This document shows, one piece after another, positions 59,060 to 64,000 of a DNA stretch of 64,000 nucleotides. Position 1 is the stretch's first letter; every line of letters starts with the position of its first letter. The DNA lies in contig CAKPJX010000001.1 of assembly GCA_934163035.1 (NCBI GenBank), positions 17,294 through 81,293 on the forward strand, in the 5' to 3' direction. The notes beneath the pieces are model-generated. The model ran no database searches, was not told the DNA's origin, and saw nothing but the letters and a program-made list of their open reading frames with translations. This stretch comes from an uncultured Bacilli bacterium (lineage in GTDB: Bacteria; Bacillota_I; Bacilli_A; RF39; UBA660). Both the position numbers and the translations under genes were made by a program.

Positions 59060-59773
59060 TTAACTACTAATAGCATCAAGTGCTAATTTAATCATATCAT
59101 TCAAAGATTTTTCTCTCTCTTCACTAGTAAGACTTCTATTATCATATTTAGAATCAACAACAGTAAGTAATGTACTAGCTTCCCTATTTAATTTATAAGC
59201 TAAATAAAAAAGTACAAATGCTTCCATTTCACTAGCTAAAAATCTCTTATCTGGAAAGTTACTAATAAATTTTTCATGATCAACATAAGGATCAAATACA
59301 TCACTAGTTATAATTTCCCCACTTTTTATATTAATATTCATAGCTAATGCCACATCTTTAATTTTTTTATTTAGTAATACCGATGAAAAATACTCCTTAC
59401 CAGTATCTAAATCAAAAAGTAATGGAAAAGTACTTAAAGAATAAGAAGACGTAGCTAAGATAACATCTAGTAACTTAACATTTTTATTTACAGTTCCACA
59501 TGTACCAATCCTTATTATTTTTTTGACATCATAAAACTTATATAATTCATAAGCATAAATTCCCATACTTGGAATTCCCATTCCTGATGAAAAAACTGTA
59601 ACTCTCTTATTATTATAATACCCAGTATATGCAAATATATTTCTAACTTTATTAACTAACTTAACATCAGTTAAAAAATTATCTGCAATATATTTAGCTC
59701 TTAATGGATCTCCAGGCATTAACACAATAGGTGCAATATCCTCTTTTAAACTTTCAATATGAATAGTAGCCAT
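59060..59773 (-). CDS. deoD: purine nucleoside phosphorylase, DeoD type
   Basis: MATIHI..., MPGDPLRAKYIA, GMGIPSMGIY and EMEAF motifs. Start ATG at 59773 after GAGGGTGA. Confidence 0.9.
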   Translation of the reverse strand: MATIHIESLKEDIAPIVLMPGDPLRAKYIADNFLTDVKLVNKVRNIFAYTGYYNNKRVTVFSSGMGIPSMGIYAYELYKFYDVKKIIRIGTCGTVNKNVKLLDVILATSSYSLSTFPLLFDLDTGKEYFSSVLLNKKIKDVALAMNINIKSGEIITSDVFDPYVDHEKFISNFPDKRFLASEMEAFVLFYLAYKLNREASTLLTVVDSKYDNRSLTSEEREKSLNDMIKLALDAISS

Positions 59774-59841
59774 AATAATCACCCTCTTCTATTATTATAG
59801 CAAAGTCAAAAGAAAAAAACATCTCTAAAATTAAGAAATGC

Positions 59842-61731
59842 TTATTCATTTGTTTTTTTTACCTTTTGGAAACCATTAACTAAAGTAGTCTCATCACTTT
59901 TATAAATTTTTTCCTTATAAATATCAAGTGCTTTAAGTGTTGCACGCCTAACAGTGCCAACACAAACACCAAACTCATTTGCTACATCTTGATCAGTTAC
60001 AAACTCCCTATCAACAACTTTTAATCTAGCATAAGCTAAAGCAGCCTCTGAAGTAGGCATAAAATCTATCATTTCCGATACAGACATTAACATCGAATTA
60101 AGTAAATCAAATTGTTTACTATCAATCAAATTTAAAGATAAGACTCCATTCATCTCCTCTTCAATAATTGAATCTATTAAAATCCTATCATTATCCATTT
60201 CACTAAATAATACTTGAAGCTCTCCCCTCGAAAGAACTTTATCCGGGTGCTTTTTAATATTTTTTAAAATCTTTCGCATTTTAGGTATGACCTTATACAA
60301 ACGCTCAGACAATGTGCTAGTCCAATTATCATCTTTTTCTGCCCTAGTAAGATCATCCCCATAACGCATTCTTAATAGTTTTCTTTCATTATAAGACAAT
60401 CTAGAAACCATATTATCAACCTGTAATTTTGAAAAAGGAACAAACTGATCATATAAATTCTTAACCTTACCATTATAATAGTCAGCTATATTATTCTTTA
60501 TATTGCCAAAAGCAACACTTTCCCTATATCCTTCTATAGCAGCAAATGCTCTTTCAGGATTATCCATATATAATGTTAAAGAGTTTACATTTGAAGAACA
60601 AATAAATTTAGAAATAGCTTTAGATTCAATCTGCCGAACCCTTTCTTTTGTATATCCCCATTCCTTTCCAATTTCCTCTAACGTATATATTCGGTCAAGA
60701 AAACCAAAGCGTAAAAGCAAGATTTTCCTTTCTTTATCAGTCAGTAAAGTATTATTAAACAATTCATCCGTATCAGCAATCATATTATTATTTTCACTTT
60801 CATCATAAATATCAGAATCACTTGGAACAAACTCTAGTAATTCAACACCATCACGTTCATCAGAAACCATACTATTAAGACTAATAGCATCATCTTTTAA
60901 ACTATTTAAAAGTATTGCCTTTGATACAGATATACCCATATCTTCAGCAATTTCCTCAATCTTAGGTCTTCTACTTAATTTAATACTAAGCTTCTCACTT
61001 ACCCTATTAAATTTTAAAACATTTTCTTGAAGATGAATTGGAACTTTAATATTTCTTGATAATTCATATGAAGCTCTAGAAACAGCTTGCCTAATCCACC
61101 ATGTAGCATAAGTAGAAAACCTGCACCCCATATTTAAATCGAATTTATCTATAGTGTTTATTAACCCAATATTTCCCTCTTGAATTAAATCAAGTAAAGG
61201 AACTCCCTTGTTAGCATATTTTTTAGCAATACTAACAACTAGCCTTAAATTTGAATTTATCAACTTATCTCTAGCAACTTTATCACCAGATTTTGCCCTA
61301 ACTATAAACTCCTCAGTTTCTAAAGTAGAAAGTAGTGGATATTTTGATATTTCTTTAAAATACATTTTAATACTATCAGGAAGATCAGCAATATTATTAG
61401 AATTAGTAACAACAGAATCATTATCAATTTCAATACCATTTTTTAAACAATATCCACTCAATAACATAACTAAAATTTCATCATCAGAATAATAAATATG
61501 TGTTTTCAAAAAATCTCTATTGCTTTTACATAAACACCTGATAAGAGAACATAACTTATTATTGTCCATCAACTTTAAATAATAAGATGAAAAATCTATA
61601 TCAAAATCTCTAAATGAGCTAGTAATCTTTTTAAGCTCAATAATATTATCCTCATAATTATCACTAACACTAACACATTTGTTTAAATAATCATTTAACA
61701 CATCAATAATTTTATCATCAGTAATTGCCAT
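59842..61731 (-). CDS. RpoD/SigA-like sigma-70 factor with a ~245-aa C-terminal extension
   Basis: - Region 1.2-2: MYFKEISKYPLLS...NLRLVVSIAKKY...DLIQEGNIGL...FSTYATWWIRQA.
- Region 3: KVPIHLQENVLKF.
- Region 4: LTDKERKILLLRFGF...EEIGKEWGYTKERVRQIESKAISKF.
- About 245 further residues follow region 4. Confidence 0.85.
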   Translation of the reverse strand: MAITDDKIIDVLNDYLNKCVSVSDNYEDNIIELKKITSSFRDFDIDFSSYYLKLMDNNKLCSLIRCLCKSNRDFLKTHIYYSDDEILVMLLSGYCLKNGIEIDNDSVVTNSNNIADLPDSIKMYFKEISKYPLLSTLETEEFIVRAKSGDKVARDKLINSNLRLVVSIAKKYANKGVPLLDLIQEGNIGLINTIDKFDLNMGCRFSTYATWWIRQAVSRASYELSRNIKVPIHLQENVLKFNRVSEKLSIKLSRRPKIEEIAEDMGISVSKAILLNSLKDDAISLNSMVSDERDGVELLEFVPSDSDIYDESENNNMIADTDELFNNTLLTDKERKILLLRFGFLDRIYTLEEIGKEWGYTKERVRQIESKAISKFICSSNVNSLTLYMDNPERAFAAIEGYRESVAFGNIKNNIADYYNGKVKNLYDQFVPFSKLQVDNMVSRLSYNERKLLRMRYGDDLTRAEKDDNWTSTLSERLYKVIPKMRKILKNIKKHPDKVLSRGELQVLFSEMDNDRILIDSIIEEEMNGVLSLNLIDSKQFDLLNSMLMSVSEMIDFMPTSEAALAYARLKVVDREFVTDQDVANEFGVCVGTVRRATLKALDIYKEKIYKSDETTLVNGFQKVKKTNE

Positions 61732-61746
61732 TAAAATCCCTCCATA

Positions 61747-62052
61747 TCATTTAACCTTTTTTAACATTTTAGATGATAATCCTACAAACTCAGCCAAGTT
61801 TATAACATCATAATTAGAAGAAAGTTTTTTTAAAGCTTTGTTTTTATAATAATATGTATTTTTACAATTATCATCACCTAAAGCTTCTTTTTGCACATCT
61901 TGTTCAAAACCAAAATAACTTAATAAACAAAATCTTTCCTTATCAGTCAAATCAGTCTCAGCAATAATTCTATCAAGTTCTCCAATCAAAAAGTTAGACT
62001 CTACTCTATCAATAACATCCATATCGCCAGGGATATTATCTACTATAGGCAA
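61747..62052 (-). CDS. sigma-70 region 4 fragment (3' part of a frameshifted sigma gene)
   Basis: LTDKERFCLLSYFGF...YYYKNKALKKL. The frame stays open upstream past the stop of the preceding ORF. The track start is a TTG. Confidence 0.6.
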   Translation of the reverse strand: MPIVDNIPGDMDVIDRVESNFLIGELDRIIAETDLTDKERFCLLSYFGFEQDVQKEALGDDNCKNTYYYKNKALKKLSSNYDVINLAEFVGLSSKMLKKVK

Positions 62053-62116
62053 AAAGCCATCATCAGTAGCTATATCAGAATAAGAACTATAATAACTATT
62101 AAAACTTGAATATATA

Positions 62117-62788
62117 CTAATAGCATGATAATTTATTTTTAATAAGCTCCAATTCTTTAGAAGTAATACCTAATATATCACAAGTAACATCATCTTTTAA
62201 TTTTTTACACTCAGACTCGTATTGATAACTAAGTTTTTCATATTTATGAATTAAAGAATGGATATTTAATGGCACGGAAAAAGGATAAGCAACTTCGCCA
62301 TAATATTGATACAAACTATTAATAATACACCTATATGCATAAGTAGAAAACTTCGTTCCTCTAGTAAAATCAAACCTATCTATCGCCTTAATTAAAGCAA
62401 TACCATTAATTTCAAATTCATCATGATAACAATTAAAAAGTTTTTGTAAATCAACACTTTTTAAAACTATTCCCTTGGCCACTGATAAATTAGGATAATA
62501 ACCAATAATATCAAAAAAATGATTAAGAACTTCTGTTAAATTAGAGCCATCATAATTTTGAAACAAATATTCATTAAGAAAATAATTAAATGCTCCACTC
62601 GAAATCAATTTTTCTATATATTCACTGTAACTAACCCAAAGTCTAGAAAAAATATAGCTATTAAAATCTTCACAAGTGCTACTACTAAAATTTTTAGTAA
62701 TAGAATTAACTAATTTAGAAAATTTTCTTTCATTAAATCCAAGATATTCAAACTTATTTTTATAGTATTCTAAATCAATAATCGCCAT
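62117..62788 (-). CDS. sigma-70 region 2/3 fragment (5' part of a frameshifted sigma gene)
   Basis: GIALIKAIDRFDFTRGTKFSTYAYRCIINS (2.2-2.4), VPLNIHSLIHKY and ILGITSKELELI (region 3). It ends at TAG 62117..62119 with no region 4. Confidence 0.6.
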   Translation of the reverse strand: MAIIDLEYYKNKFEYLGFNERKFSKLVNSITKNFSSSTCEDFNSYIFSRLWVSYSEYIEKLISSGAFNYFLNEYLFQNYDGSNLTEVLNHFFDIIGYYPNLSVAKGIVLKSVDLQKLFNCYHDEFEINGIALIKAIDRFDFTRGTKFSTYAYRCIINSLYQYYGEVAYPFSVPLNIHSLIHKYEKLSYQYESECKKLKDDVTCDILGITSKELELIKNKLSCY

Positions 62789-62819
62789 AAAAATCCCCCT
62801 GTCAAAATTACTTATTATA

Positions 62820-63950
62820 TTACCGATTATTTTTTAATTGCTTAACTAACTTTTTTGCACTGAAAGGATATTCACTACAATCAGCCAACAATTCAGCATC
62901 AGAACAGGTAACTAGTTTTTTTAAAGCATTCTTTAAAATTATGTTAATATTTTGCCTAGAAGTACCAAACAAATCACCAATAGCTTGAAGACTAAGAGGT
63001 GAATTACCATAAAAACCAAACCTAAGTCTAACAATTTCTAACTGTTTATTAGTTAATGACTTTTTAAGTATATTATCTATAATTATCCGATTCAAATCAT
63101 CTTCATGTTCTTCAAATATAGAACTATTAGGATCTACAATTAAACTTAAAAAATCATCCGAATCACATTCACCATCTTTAATAATAGGTGCGTCCAAACT
63201 TCTAATATTATAGTAAGCATTATAAATATCATATATTCGCTGAGAACTAACATTAATGCTTTTAGCAATCTCGTCAATTTCTGGCTTTCTACCCAAAGTT
63301 TGTTCTAATTCTATCTCCTGTTTCCTAAATTTACTAATAATCGTCCTGGCATCAACTGGTAACTTAACCTGATTATATTTAGATATAGCCTTACCGATTT
63401 TAGTCTTAATACAATATCCAGCATATGTAGAAAATTTAAACCCTTTAAAAGGATCAAACTTATCAACGGCTTCAACTAAACCAAAATACCCTTCTTGAAA
63501 AAGATCCATTAAAGAAAGAGATGTATAATCACTTACCTTACTTGCAAAATACAGAACAAGTCTATAATTTCTTTCTAAAAATTCTAGTTTACTATCTTCA
63601 TCGCCCGATCTAATCCTTTCAAAATATTGAACTTCTTCTTCCTTAGTAATAGGAGGTCTTTGAGAATTTTTACCTGAAAATATTAGTTTTATTCCATCAT
63701 CATCAAAATCAGAGCCAAAACCATTATAAGCTTCTTTAATAATCTTTTTTTCTGAATCAATAATAGCACTACTGACAAATAATTTTTCAAAAGTTATATT
63801 ACAAAATTTAGTTAAAGAAGGCCTACCCTTTATTTTATCAACTATCAATTTTAAATTATCGCATGACTCAAGCATACCAACATATGAAAAATCATCACCA
63901 TCATAACCTATATCACTTAAAAAATCATCTAATTCATTAATCTTATTCAT
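62820..63950 (-). CDS. sigma-70 family RNA polymerase sigma factor (paralog)
   Basis: - Region 2: NYRLVLYFASK...DLFQEGYFGLVEAVDKFDPFKGFKFSTYA.
- Region 3: KLPVDARTIISKF.
- Region 4: LTNKQLEIVRLRFGF...LQAIGDLFGTSRQNINIILKNALKKL.
- The frame stays open upstream to the window edge and the RBS at 63950 is weak, so the true start may lie beyond 64000. Confidence 0.8.
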   Translation of the reverse strand: MNKINELDDFLSDIGYDGDDFSYVGMLESCDNLKLIVDKIKGRPSLTKFCNITFEKLFVSSAIIDSEKKIIKEAYNGFGSDFDDDGIKLIFSGKNSQRPPITKEEEVQYFERIRSGDEDSKLEFLERNYRLVLYFASKVSDYTSLSLMDLFQEGYFGLVEAVDKFDPFKGFKFSTYAGYCIKTKIGKAISKYNQVKLPVDARTIISKFRKQEIELEQTLGRKPEIDEIAKSINVSSQRIYDIYNAYYNIRSLDAPIIKDGECDSDDFLSLIVDPNSSIFEEHEDDLNRIIIDNILKKSLTNKQLEIVRLRFGFYGNSPLSLQAIGDLFGTSRQNINIILKNALKKLVTCSDAELLADCSEYPFSAKKLVKQLKNNR

Positions 63951-64000
63951 ACATTCACTAATACTAGCTTCCGAAATGTTAAAGGTATCAACTATATTAG

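Overview
This is a very AT-rich, gene-dense 64 kb window with about 70 CDS, mostly on the minus strand. It looks like a low-GC Bacillota genome with sporulation and germination genes (GerA-type receptor, ylbJ, a SpoIIID-like HTH). That placement rests on gene content only. Intact conserved ORFs use TGG for Trp, so the standard code 11 fits.

The core blocks are:
- alaS (partial, missing from the ORF track) behind an Ala T-box leader
- murC, queH and zupT
- tRNA-Arg(CCU), 5-FCL, rnj and rnc
- yidD, prs, a two-component system, and ylbL/ylbJ
- tmk, hemW, lepA, an M16 peptidase pair, and deoD

Four things stand out:
1. Three sigma-70 family genes lie in tandem at 59.8-64 kb. One is RpoD-like with a roughly 245-aa C-terminal extension that carries extra sigma-4-like HTH segments. 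One is split by a frameshift.
2. Type IV pilus/Com-like parts are scattered:
   - a 781-aa modular prepilin with three 267-bp tandem repeats
   - two pseudopilins
   - a divergently transcribed GspE/PilB ATPase with a roughly 247-aa Q/P/T-rich repetitive tail
   - no platform protein or prepilin peptidase in the window
3. An accessory, decaying block at about 19-31 kb holds a ResIII-like half-helicase fused to two Mrr-like nuclease modules, four GNATs, a MazG-like NTPase and at least five disrupted genes.
4. An Ala T-box drives two P-loop kinase-like genes ahead of alaS.

I saw no rRNA, no CRISPR array and no intact transposase or integrase. All family assignments come from motifs read by eye; no searches were run.
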